18,986 nucleotides of DNA from Candidatus Micrarchaeota archaeon (GTDB lineage: Archaea; Micrarchaeota; Micrarchaeia; Anstonellales; Anstonellaceae). Location of the stretch: the NCBI GenBank assembly GCA_043810635.1, contig JBDRNY010000087.1, forward strand, positions 1-18,986, in the 5' to 3' direction. Of the stretch, positions 11,230 through 18,986 are shown piece after piece; the first letter of the stretch is position 1; each line of letters starts with the position of its first letter. The notes beneath the pieces are model-generated. The model was not told the origin of the DNA. It saw nothing but the letters and a program-made list of their open reading frames with translations, and did no database searches. A program made the translations under genes and the position numbers.

Positions 11230-12855
11230 TTATTTCCCGTTTTCGTTCCAATTTTTTGCAATATGGGTTACTCCTTCTGCAATGTTTGCAAGGTGGGCGT
11301 TTATTCTTTCAGTAAATATCAGTATATCACTGTAAACAAGGCCCGCGTCATTCCTGCATTTTCCGCTTTCAAGGCGCTTCAAATGCCTGTGGCGGAATTC
11401 TGAAATCGCTTTTTTTATTTCAATTTCCAATTTCAACACTTTTTGCGCGGAATTCAAATCCTCGTTTTCAACAGTTTTTTTTGCATGCAATAAGGCGTCG
11501 TTGGTAATGTCAAATAATTTGTTAAGCTCTTCTTTTGCAGAAGAGGAGAATTTTATGTCATGCTCATAAAGCCTTTCGGCAAGCTTGCATATTCCTTCGC
11601 AATAATCCCCAATCCTTTCAACATCATTTACATTGTGCAATATGGTTGGAATTGATTTGGAATTTTTCTCAGATAATTCTTTTTTTGTTATTTCAACCAA
11701 ATATTGGGTGATGTTGTGCTGCATCGTGTCAACAGACTGCTCGTCAATATCAACTTCTTTGCTTAGTTTGTGGCTGAAGGAAAAGAGGCATTTTCTTGCC
11801 TTTGAAAGCATTCCTTTGCACACCCCAACCATAACTGCCTGCTCTCTTGAAACTGCCCGTATTGCAAGAGTGGGGGTGTTTAGCAAATTTTTGTCAAGAT
11901 GGACAGTGTCTTTTCTTTCATAATCCTTGCCGGGTATTAATTTTTCCAGCAATTTTGCATACAAGGGAATAATGGGGAGAAATATCAGGGCATTTACCAC
12001 ATTGAATATTGTGTGGGTGTTTGCAATTTGGACTGAAATATCCCCGGATGTAAGGGGAATGTAGGCAAGGTAAATAGGCACAAGGGGGATGGCTATTGCT
12101 GTGCCTATAATATTGAATAATGTGTGGCCGAGCGCAAGGCGCTTGGAAGAGATGGTTCCGCCTATGCTTGCAATAATTGCAGTAACGCAGGTGCCTATAT
12201 TATCCCCTAATACAAAATAAATTGCGGCAGGCAGGCCTATCAAACCTGCTGCTGCAAGCGCAATAACAATACCTATGGTGGTGCTGCTGCTTTGCAATAT
12301 TATTGTAACTATCAAGCCTGCTAAAATTGCCAAAAGAGGGTTTTCAGAAAAAAGCAAAAACAGCTCGCTTGTTGCAGGGTCGTCTTTAAGGGGCTTTACA
12401 GCAGAACTCATGGTTGCAAGCCCCAGAAAAAGAATTCCAAACCCTAAAATTGCAAGCCCTTTTCTTTTGTGCTTGTTTTTTTGCATAAAAAAGAATATCA
12501 GAGCGCCGATGAATATGAAGAGGGGGGCAATGCTGGTAAGCTTTAATGCAATTAATTGGGCTGTAATTGTGGTGCCGATGTTTGCGCCTATAATTACCGG
12601 CAATGCTTTTACCAGTGTGATAATTCCTATATTAAGAAATCCGATTAAAATAACAGAAGTGGCGGATGAGCTTTGTATAATTGAAGTAACAAATGTTCCG
12701 ACTAGCAAGGATTTTATCCTGTTGGATGTTACTGATTCAAGCATTTTTTTCAAAAATCCCAAGGAGAGCTTTTTCAATGAATCTGTAAGAAGAAACATGC
12801 CGTATATGAATAGGCCTAGCCCGCCCAAAACTTGCAGTAATATGGCTAAATCCAT
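11230..12855 (-). CDS. Na+/phosphate cotransporter (NptA/YjbB family) with C-terminal PhoU-like domain
   Basis: Repeated QSSS motifs, GANIGTT and GDNIGT, IANTHTIFN, soluble tail with DVERIGD; start MDLAILL at 12855. Confidence 0.93.
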   Translation of the reverse strand: MDLAILLQVLGGLGLFIYGMFLLTDSLKKLSLGFLKKMLESVTSNRIKSLLVGTFVTSIIQSSSATSVILIGFLNIGIITLVKALPVIIGANIGTTITAQLIALKLTSIAPLFIFIGALIFFFMQKNKHKRKGLAILGFGILFLGLATMSSAVKPLKDDPATSELFLLFSENPLLAILAGLIVTIILQSSSTTIGIVIALAAAGLIGLPAAIYFVLGDNIGTCVTAIIASIGGTISSKRLALGHTLFNIIGTAIAIPLVPIYLAYIPLTSGDISVQIANTHTIFNVVNALIFLPIIPLYAKLLEKLIPGKDYERKDTVHLDKNLLNTPTLAIRAVSREQAVMVGVCKGMLSKARKCLFSFSHKLSKEVDIDEQSVDTMQHNITQYLVEITKKELSEKNSKSIPTILHNVNDVERIGDYCEGICKLAERLYEHDIKFSSSAKEELNKLFDITNDALLHAKKTVENEDLNSAQKVLKLEIEIKKAISEFRHRHLKRLESGKCRNDAGLVYSDILIFTERINAHLANIAEGVTHIAKNWNENGK

Positions 12856-12880
12856 ACAAAGTGGATTGTAAGAGTTGATT

Positions 12881-12888
12881 ATTATAAA
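12881..12888 (-). promoter_or_regulatory. TATA box for a probably leaderless Na/Pi cotransporter transcript
   Basis: TTTATAAT about 26 bp upstream of ATG 12855; no SD visible. Confidence 0.5.
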
Positions 12889-12907
12889 CATATTGCAGGC
12901 ATACTTC

Positions 12908-12957
12908 TTTTTCTTTTCTTTCCCAGGGGTTTCTTTTCTTTTTTAAAAGAAAAGAAA
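12908..12957. repeat. Mirror plus inverted repeat element (potential intrastrand triplex), copy 2
   Basis: TTTTTCTTTTCTTT (12908-12921), CCCAGGGG linker, TTTCTTTTCTTTTT (12930-12943), AAAAGAAAAGAAA (12945-12957). Confidence 0.85.
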
Positions 12958-12993
12958 GGCCTTACCACTGGAAAGTTACCCCTTCCAAACTTC

Positions 12994-13001
12994 TTTATAA
13001 G
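12994..13001 (+). promoter_or_regulatory. TATA box for the 57-aa gene
   Basis: TTTATAAG about 24 bp before the AGGTGA SD at 13025-13030. Confidence 0.5.
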
Positions 13002-13034
13002 CAGCCAGCTTAGCTTCTTTTGCAAGGTGATTGA

Positions 13035-13208
13035 ATGTATATAGATATAGCAAATATGACATTGGAAGAGGTGGGCAAAATAACAAGCATGCTATCTTCG
13101 GCAAGGGTGGATGCATATTTAACAAAAGTGGGGGAAAATGCCTATCTTTATACTGTGGCAAAAGAAGAGCATAAAGGGGTAATTGAGCCCATGTTAAGCG
13201 AAATTTAG
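13035..13208 (+). CDS. Small hypothetical protein, 57 aa (absent from the ORF track)
   Basis: MYIDIANMTLEEVGKITSMLSSARVDAYLTKVGENAYLYTVAKEEHKGVIEPMLSEI*; AGGTGA SD, upstream TATA box and downstream T-tracts. Confidence 0.7.
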   Translation: MYIDIANMTLEEVGKITSMLSSARVDAYLTKVGENAYLYTVAKEEHKGVIEPMLSEI

Positions 13209-13212
13209 ACAC

Positions 13213-13241
13213 AAAAAACCAATAGTTTTTTAGTATTTTTT
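13213..13241 (+). terminator. Probable oligo-T terminator of the 57-aa gene
   Basis: AAAAAAC-CAATA-GTTTTTT followed by a second T6 run. Confidence 0.45.
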
Positions 13242-13250
13242 GCCTCCCAC

Positions 13251-13365
13251 TGAAACTCCCAGGTGCGGAAGCCTCAGGTTTTTCTGAGGAGGAGCACCTG
13301 GGCAAAAGATTGAGGCTTCCCCTAAAGACAAAAAAAGCCCAGGCCTTTAGGCCTGGGAGTTTCAC
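13251..13365 (+). mobile_element. Miniature non-autonomous element resembling IS200/IS605-family ends (PATE/MITE-like)
   Basis: 13-bp perfect inverted termini TGAAACTCCCAGG / CCTGGGAGTTTCA; right end AAGCCCAGGCC-TTTA-GGCCTGGGAGTTTCAC matches the TTTA-loop hairpin plus TCAC pattern of IS605-family right ends. Confidence 0.6.
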
Positions 13366-13481
13366 ATATTCCCCTTTGCCTAAAAAGCAAGGAAAAACGG
13401 GAAAACAGGTTTCTTTTCGCCAAACAAACCACGAAACTTGTTTTTCCAACCTATCCCAAATTGGAAGGAGGATATACTCAG

Positions 13482-13490
13482 TTTTTAAAT
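13482..13490 (+). promoter_or_regulatory. Candidate TATA box for lonB
   Basis: TTTTTAAAT about 37 bp upstream of ATG 13527. Confidence 0.4.
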
Positions 13491-13526
13491 CCCTTATTGT
13501 GTTATTAGTTTGCGAGTGTGGGCATA

Positions 13527-15545
13527 ATGATTAAATTCAAATCAACTGCCGAGATTAAAATACCTAAAAAATTGATTGACCAAGTGATAGGCCAGGATAA
13601 GTCAGTGAAAATAATAAAAAAAGCAGCAAAGCAGAGAAGGCATGTATTGATGATTGGCTCGCCTGGCACAGGAAAATCCATGCTGGCGCAAGCTATGGCA
13701 GAATTAATGCCTGTCACCAGTTTGCAGGATGTATTGATATATCCAAATCAAAATGAGGAAAATAAGCCGATGGTAAGAGTGGTGCACACCTATCCCACGC
13801 AAGAAGAATTGAAAAAAAATCCGGATTTGGCAAATGCGCATATGCAAATGCAGGCGGCAAAAATAAGATTTGAGCAAATGCAGGAAATGATGGGGGGAGG
13901 AAAACAGGCAAAGAAAAAAGATGATGGAAGGCTTGGTGCGGGAAGGATGATAATGCAAAGTGCAAAAAGCAGGAGCATGCTTCCGGCAACAAAAGGCCCT
14001 TCTGCAGGCATTTTGTTTTTGCTGGGTTTCATGATTATACTGGTAATTTTGTATATAACCGGCTCTTTAAATGATGAAAATAAATGGTTTGTATTGGCTG
14101 TATTGGCAGCATTTGGAATATTGTTTCTTTTGTGGAAGTTTACAAATACTATTGGCAGAAGGATGGGCATTACAGAATATAATGAGCCGAAATTGATTGT
14201 GGATAATACGGGAAAGCATAATGCGCCTTTTATAGATGCAACCGGGAATAAGGCAGGGGCATTGCTTGGAGACGTGAAACATGATCCCTTGCAATCAGGG
14301 GGATTGGGCACGCCTGCGCATCTTCGGGTTGAATCCGGGGCAATCCACTGTGCAAACAAAGGAGTGCTGTTTATTGATGAAATTTCTTCCCTTAAAATGA
14401 GGTGGCAGCAGGAATTGCTTACTGCAATGCAGGAGAAAAAGTATCCTATAACAGGCCAGTCTGAAATGAGCTCGGGGGCTATTGTAAAAACCGAAGCTGT
14501 ACCTTGTGATTTTGTGCTTGTTGCTTCAGGAAATTTGGTGGATATGAAAGGAATGCACCCTGCAATGAGAAGCAGGATAAGAGGGGCGGGGTATGAAGTG
14601 TATGTGGAAGACATCATGGAAGACAGTGAGGAAAATGAAAATAGATTAGTGCAATTTATTGCGCAAGAAGTTGTGAAAGACGGGAAGATTCCGCATTTTG
14701 ACAAGGAAGGGGTGGAAGAAATAATTTCAGAAGCAAGAAGGAAATCCGGGAGAAAAAAGAAATTTACACTTAATTTGCGGGAGCTGGGGGGATTGGTGCG
14801 CGCTGCAGGGGATATTGCAAAAGAGGAAAATGCATCTATTGTTACTTCAGAACATGTAAGAAGGGCAAGAAAGCTTTCAATGACAATGGAGCAGCAAATG
14901 AGCAGCAAATATATTGAAGTGAAAAAAGAGTATGAAGTGTTTGGAATAAGCGGGCATGCAATAGGAAAAGTAAATGGATTGGCAGTATTGGGAGATGGTT
15001 CCTCAGGGCTGGTTATGCCTATTGTGGCGGAAGTTACCCCTGCTGCAAGCAAAAATGAAGGGAAATTGATTGCAACAGGAAAATTGGGCTCGATTGCAAA
15101 AGAAGCTGTGGAAAATGTTTCTGCAATTATTAAGAAGCATCTTGGGAAAAATGTCGCATCATATGATGTGCATGTGCAATTTTTGCAAACTTATGAAGGC
15201 GTGGAAGGAGATTCGGCATCTATTTCAATTGCTTTGGCTGTGCTTTCTGCCATGGAAGAAATACCTGTAAGGCAGGATATTGCAATGACAGGCTCGCTTA
15301 CTGTAAGGGGAAAAGTGTTGCCTATAGGAGGGGCAACGTCAAAAGCTGAAGCTGCATTGGAAGCAGGAATGAAGGAAATAATTGTTCCGAAAAAAAATGC
15401 AGAAGATATTTATTTGCCTCCAAAATTGCGCGGGAAGATAAAAATTCATGCTGTTGACAATATTGTGGAAGTATTGAAAATTGCCTTGAAAGAAGGGAAA
15501 GGGAAAACGAGGATAATTAAGAAAATTGAGAAAATGATAAAGTGA
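13527..15545 (+). CDS. lonB: Membrane-anchored ATP-dependent protease LonB
   Basis: LIDQVIGQ, Walker A GSPGTGKS, two TM helices, Walker B LFIDE, VEGDSAS with downstream catalytic Lys; start ATG 13527 (GTG 13518 alternative). Confidence 0.96.
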   Translation: MIKFKSTAEIKIPKKLIDQVIGQDKSVKIIKKAAKQRRHVLMIGSPGTGKSMLAQAMAELMPVTSLQDVLIYPNQNEENKPMVRVVHTYPTQEELKKNPDLANAHMQMQAAKIRFEQMQEMMGGGKQAKKKDDGRLGAGRMIMQSAKSRSMLPATKGPSAGILFLLGFMIILVILYITGSLNDENKWFVLAVLAAFGILFLLWKFTNTIGRRMGITEYNEPKLIVDNTGKHNAPFIDATGNKAGALLGDVKHDPLQSGGLGTPAHLRVESGAIHCANKGVLFIDEISSLKMRWQQELLTAMQEKKYPITGQSEMSSGAIVKTEAVPCDFVLVASGNLVDMKGMHPAMRSRIRGAGYEVYVEDIMEDSEENENRLVQFIAQEVVKDGKIPHFDKEGVEEIISEARRKSGRKKKFTLNLRELGGLVRAAGDIAKEENASIVTSEHVRRARKLSMTMEQQMSSKYIEVKKEYEVFGISGHAIGKVNGLAVLGDGSSGLVMPIVAEVTPAASKNEGKLIATGKLGSIAKEAVENVSAIIKKHLGKNVASYDVHVQFLQTYEGVEGDSASISIALAVLSAMEEIPVRQDIAMTGSLTVRGKVLPIGGATSKAEAALEAGMKEIIVPKKNAEDIYLPPKLRGKIKIHAVDNIVEVLKIALKEGKGKTRIIKKIEKMIK

Positions 15546-15551
15546 ATAAAG

Positions 15552-15659
15552 TTATTTAGAAAAATCCTCATCCTCTTTATTATCCCACAATTCCTTCATT
15601 TTTTTCTGCTGGATTTTATGCAAAAATTCATCATACTGGTTCTTTCCCTTCATTTTCAT
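15552..15659 (-). CDS. 35-aa peptide resembling the acidic WDNxEDExW tail of small putative antitoxins
   Basis: MKMKGKNQYDEFLHKIQQKKMKELWDNKEDEDFSK; TTTATATA box at 15683-15690, about 24 bp upstream. Confidence 0.55.
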   Translation of the reverse strand: MKMKGKNQYDEFLHKIQQKKMKELWDNKEDEDFSK

Positions 15660-15746
15660 TATAACAACACTCAAAAACAGATTATATAAACATTCTGAAG
15701 CCTGTTTTCCGCTGGCAAAGTGATTTTTTTCTGGAGTAATAATCAC

Positions 15747-16982
15747 TTAATGTGAAACAATTATTTTGTCCCCGACGCTTTCCACAGAATCAAGCGCAAC
15801 CATGAATTTCTGGCCTAATGGGGATTTTACTGCCAAACTTCCTGCTTTTGCATCAACACCAAGCACTTTGCCAAGGTAATTTCCTGCTGTGCCAAGCACT
15901 TCTTTTCCTGCCAATTTGAGGCGCAAAACAGCCCTTCTCCTAATATCCTGCAATATGGAAACTGAAGCAATGCCCATAACTACTGAAAGAATGAGTATCA
16001 TAACCAAATCACTGAAATATACATATGGCTGAAAATCATTTACAATCCAGTTGGCGCCTGAAATAAATACAAGCCAGAAGAGGACTGTAAACACCCCGTA
16101 GAGGCCGTATTTGACTACCTCTATTTTCTTTTTCTCTGCCAGGGAGTCAACCACTTTTCCTGCTATCATCATAAGTATTGCCCATGGAAAAAGAAGCAAA
16201 ACACTTCTTACTGATTTTGCTATTGTTTTTGCAGGGCTGGCAAGCTCGGCAGAAGATTCCAAAAATGAATGATAGCCTGACCAAAAGGAAATTGCAATAA
16301 GCAAAATTGCAGGCACATAAACAACAACCGAGATTTTTTCAACACTGAATTTAAAGGAAGAAAGCGCCTTGAAAAACCGCTCCTCAATTCCAAAAGCTTT
16401 GAGTATTAGGTAAACGGATATTAATGCTGCAGGAACTTCCAATCCCCAGTTGAGGATGCGGGAAAGCACAAATAAAATTCCGATAATTGCAGGCACCCCG
16501 AATATAAGGCGGGCATAATAAGGCTCTTTCAGTTTTTCTAAAATTACAAAATAGGTTTTTTCAAGCTCTTGCGCCTGCTTCATTACAAGCACTTCAACAG
16601 AGTCTATTTTCAGCCTGGATTGGATGATAGGCATAATTGTTTCATCTGCTTTTCCGTCAGACACAAAAATGCAGGATTCGCACGGAAATTCTGCCAATAT
16701 CCGGTCTAATTGCTGAGATATTGCCTCATCTGCGGAATAGCCCAATTCATGGGAGCCTGTGAGGGTGGCAATTTGCACATTGTGCTCTTTTGAAAGCTTG
16801 TCAAATATGGATATTGCCTTCAATATTGCGTTTGTATCCACTTCTGCAGGGTCTGTAAGCCCTAATTTTATTGCGGCATTGAGGTTGGCCTCCCTGCCTA
16901 TAATCGGGCCGGAAACACCTGCCTTGTCATAGAGGTCATTGTCCCTGTCAACGCAGAGCACAAGCTTTGGCTTTTTGAACAT
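15747..16982 (-). CDS. DUF373-family membrane protein with a C-terminal PRC-barrel-like domain
   Basis: N-terminal LVLCVDRDNDL, DP.E.D.NA and VSDG..DE; multiple TM helices; tail LAGKEVLGTAGNYLGKV...SVESVGDKIIV. Confidence 0.88.
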   Translation of the reverse strand: MFKKPKLVLCVDRDNDLYDKAGVSGPIIGREANLNAAIKLGLTDPAEVDTNAILKAISIFDKLSKEHNVQIATLTGSHELGYSADEAISQQLDRILAEFPCESCIFVSDGKADETIMPIIQSRLKIDSVEVLVMKQAQELEKTYFVILEKLKEPYYARLIFGVPAIIGILFVLSRILNWGLEVPAALISVYLILKAFGIEERFFKALSSFKFSVEKISVVVYVPAILLIAISFWSGYHSFLESSAELASPAKTIAKSVRSVLLLFPWAILMMIAGKVVDSLAEKKKIEVVKYGLYGVFTVLFWLVFISGANWIVNDFQPYVYFSDLVMILILSVVMGIASVSILQDIRRRAVLRLKLAGKEVLGTAGNYLGKVLGVDAKAGSLAVKSPLGQKFMVALDSVESVGDKIIVSH

Positions 16983-17010
16983 ATTAATCCAAAATTAGAA
17001 TGACAATAGG

Positions 17011-17020
17011 TATTTAAATA
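17011..17020. promoter_or_regulatory. Palindromic TATA box in the divergent DUF373/csl4 intergenic region
   Basis: TATTTAAATA about 29 bp upstream of the DUF373 ATG. Confidence 0.45.
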
Positions 17021-17084
17021 GTGGTTGCCCACCTTTTATTACATAATATGCACAGACGATTTCTTGCAAATTTAAGGTGGAGTA

Positions 17085-17654
17085 ATGGACAAAAAATCAA
17101 AATTAGTTGCGCCCGGGCAGAAAATAGGCACTGAAGAGGAGTATGTTGCCGGGGCAGGGACATATACTGAAGGAAGCAGCATATATGCCGCTGTTTTCGG
17201 GGAGCTTATTGAAAAAGAGAGAACATTAAATGTGTTTGGAAAGGCAAGCATTGCAACCCCTGCAATAGGCAGCAGGATTATCGGAAGGATTCAGAATATT
17301 GTGGACCCTATTGCAATAGTAAACGTGTATGAAATAGAGGATGGAGAACATCAGAGGTATCCGGTTACTGGGGAGAATTTTGTGCTAAAAACCCCGAATA
17401 TAAAGAGGGGGTATGTGAAGCAGATAAAAGATGAGTATAGAATAGGGGATATTATAAGGGCAAAAATAATAGATATTAAAAACGGGGAGTGCCACCTTTC
17501 CACAGAAGAAGATGACTGCGGATGCATCAAAGCATTTGCATCGCAGGGAAAAGGAAGGTATCCGCTTGTAAAAACAGCCACAGGACTGGTATGCAAAGAG
17601 AATGATGAAAAAGAAAACAGGAAAATTGCTTCGGATTATATTACTTTGAAATAA
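17085..17654 (+). CDS. csl4: Exosome complex RNA-binding subunit Csl4
   Basis: VAPGQKIGTEEEY.AG.GTY, S1 domain YRIGDIIRAKII and C-terminal E.RKIA..Y; adjacent to rpo11. Confidence 0.9.
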   Translation: MDKKSKLVAPGQKIGTEEEYVAGAGTYTEGSSIYAAVFGELIEKERTLNVFGKASIATPAIGSRIIGRIQNIVDPIAIVNVYEIEDGEHQRYPVTGENFVLKTPNIKRGYVKQIKDEYRIGDIIRAKIIDIKNGECHLSTEEDDCGCIKAFASQGKGRYPLVKTATGLVCKENDEKENRKIASDYITLK

Positions 17655-17665
17655 AAGGTGTGGAT

Positions 17666-17947
17666 ATGGAATTAAAACTAAAAAAACTGGAAAAAAATTA
17701 TCTTGAAATAGAGCTTATAAATGAAGATGTTGCGCTTGCAGATTCGTTGAGGGAAATTTTGCTTGAATACAAAGATGTGGAATTTGCGGCCGCAAAAATG
17801 GAGCATCCGCAAATAGGAAATCCTGTAATAATTCTAAGGACTAAGGGGAAGGATGCGCTTGAATTGCTTGAAGATGCTGTTGGAAAGCTGAAGAAAAATG
17901 CTGATGAATTTAAGGCAGCCCTGAAAAGCGCCAAAAAGCCCAAGTAA
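17666..17947 (+). CDS. rpo11: DNA-directed RNA polymerase subunit L (Rpo11)
   Basis: LEIEL..ED..LA..LR..L.....VEFAA....HP; AGGTG SD before ATG 17666. Confidence 0.93.
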   Translation: MELKLKKLEKNYLEIELINEDVALADSLREILLEYKDVEFAAAKMEHPQIGNPVIILRTKGKDALELLEDAVGKLKKNADEFKAALKSAKKPK

Positions 17948-17970
17948 GGCAATAATTTAGGTGGATATTC

Positions 17971-18986
17971 TTGGGATTGAAAGAATGGGCGGAAGGGAAG
18001 AAGAAAAGCGAGCAGAAATTATATTCCTCAACTGATTTTAGGAAAGAAAAAAAATCAACTGTTGAGCCGAGGATACCTTATTTGACAGATGCTATAGGAA
18101 TTCCGTATTTTGGAGGGGTGAAAACATATTACCTGCTTCTTTTGCTCTTCTTTATTTTGTTTATTTTTACAAAAAACGCAATTATAGGCATTTTGGGAGG
18201 ATTAAATATTTTGTTTATTATAATCTGGGAATTTTATGCTGGCTCAAAAACAGGCGGGATGAAAAATGAAATAAAAGATACTGTTATTGCAATTTTAATC
18301 GGCTTGATTGTGTGGTTCGGCTCGGGGTGGATTTTGGATACTCCTACCCCTATAAATGCAATAGTATCTTGTTCTATGCTTCCTGCATATGAAAGGGGAG
18401 ATATGGTTATTTTGCAGGGAGGGCATGTAAATACAAAATATATGCAATATGACGGCTTGATAAATGACATTGTTTCAACTGCTACAATAAAATATGGAAA
18501 TATTACGAAAAAAGTGCAAGGTTCGCTTTATTCTTATTGTGCACAAAATAAAGATGATATTTGCGATGAGTTTAAGGAAAATCCTGCGCAATTTTCAGAA
18601 ACTCACGGGCCATTGGAATTAAAATACGGAGTATGCACCAAATTTTATCCTGAAGAGAATAAAAAAATATCTATTGCGTGCGTAAAAGAAACATATTTTA
18701 ACGGGGAGAAAATTGAATTTGATGAAAAATATGAATTGGTTGTGCAGCAGCCGAAAAAAACAGATTTGTATTCCTTAACGGGGGATATTGTGCACAGGGT
18801 GAGGTTTGCTGTAAATGCATCGGACGGAATAATTTATTTCACAAAAGGGGATAATAATGCAATTTATGATTTCCAATTATATTCAAAGCAATATAAAATG
18901 GGAAATTCGCCTGTAGAAGAAGAGCAGGTGAAGGGAAGGGTTATTTTGAGAATTCCTCTTTTAGGAAATTTCAAATTATTTATTGC
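17971..18986 (+). CDS. Signal peptidase I (S26B/Sec11-like, Ser-His type), 3'-truncated by the window edge
   Basis: Open frame from TTG 17971 (AGGTGG SD) to the window end; AIVSCSMLPAYERGD, DIVHRV, YFTKGDNN and VKGRVILRIPLLG. Confidence 0.88.
   Translation, partial: MGLKEWAEGKKKSEQKLYSSTDFRKEKKSTVEPRIPYLTDAIGIPYFGGVKTYYLLLLLFFILFIFTKNAIIGILGGLNILFIIIWEFYAGSKTGGMKNEIKDTVIAILIGLIVWFGSGWILDTPTPINAIVSCSMLPAYERGDMVILQGGHVNTKYMQYDGLINDIVSTATIKYGNITKKVQGSLYSYCAQNKDDICDEFKENPAQFSETHGPLELKYGVCTKFYPEENKKISIACVKETYFNGEKIEFDEKYELVVQQPKKTDLYSLTGDIVHRVRFAVNASDGIIYFTKGDNNAIYDFQLYSKQYKMGNSPVEEEQVKGRVILRIPLLGNFKLFI

Noticed and set aside
12976..13449. 157-aa minus-strand ORF and the 74-aa plus-strand ORF at 13310-13534
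   Set aside because: They cross palindromic non-coding DNA with atypical composition; the 157-aa ORF is also antisense to a better-supported 57-aa gene
13251..13470. tRNA, SRP RNA or RNase P RNA
   Set aside because: No cloverleaf or T-loop, and no recognisable SRP helix 8 or RNase P P4 signature
13790..15052. Long antisense ORFs (also 1884-2513, 5606-6415, 9828-10433 and 12275-12871)
   Set aside because: Shadow frames opposite real genes, with no recognisable motifs or initiation signals

Overview
This is an archaeal chromosomal segment. A DPANN lineage, possibly Micrarchaeota, is inferred from the split rpoB and rpoA, compact divergent proteins and GGTGA-type Shine-Dalgarno (SD) sites. The minus strand (11079->111) carries the core transcription/translation operon rpo5-rpo2N-rpo2C-[orphan]-rpo1N-rpo1C-rpl30e-nusA-[orphan]-rps12-rps7, followed by an AT-rich HAD phosphatase. 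To the right lie a Na+/Pi cotransporter, a ~650-bp region with a missed 57-aa gene and an IS200/IS605-end-like structured element, lonB, a 35-aa antitoxin-like peptide, a DUF373-PRC-barrel fusion, csl4, rpo11 and a truncated signal peptidase I. Four patterns stand out. (1) All four CxxC zinc sites expected in the visible proteins (two in Rpo1N, one in Rpo2C, one in Csl4) have lost most of their cysteines, while the catalytic motifs are intact. (2) Six junctions of the core operon carry duplicated gene starts or ends, or inserted cargo, including a synonymously recoded copy of the nusA 5' end and a perfect copy of the rps7 tail. (3) Two dispersed elements share a covarying mirror-plus-inverted (intrastrand triplex) architecture. 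(4) A 114-bp element bounded by 13-bp inverted repeats has pseudoknot-capable stems. Family calls come from motif recognition only; no searches were run.
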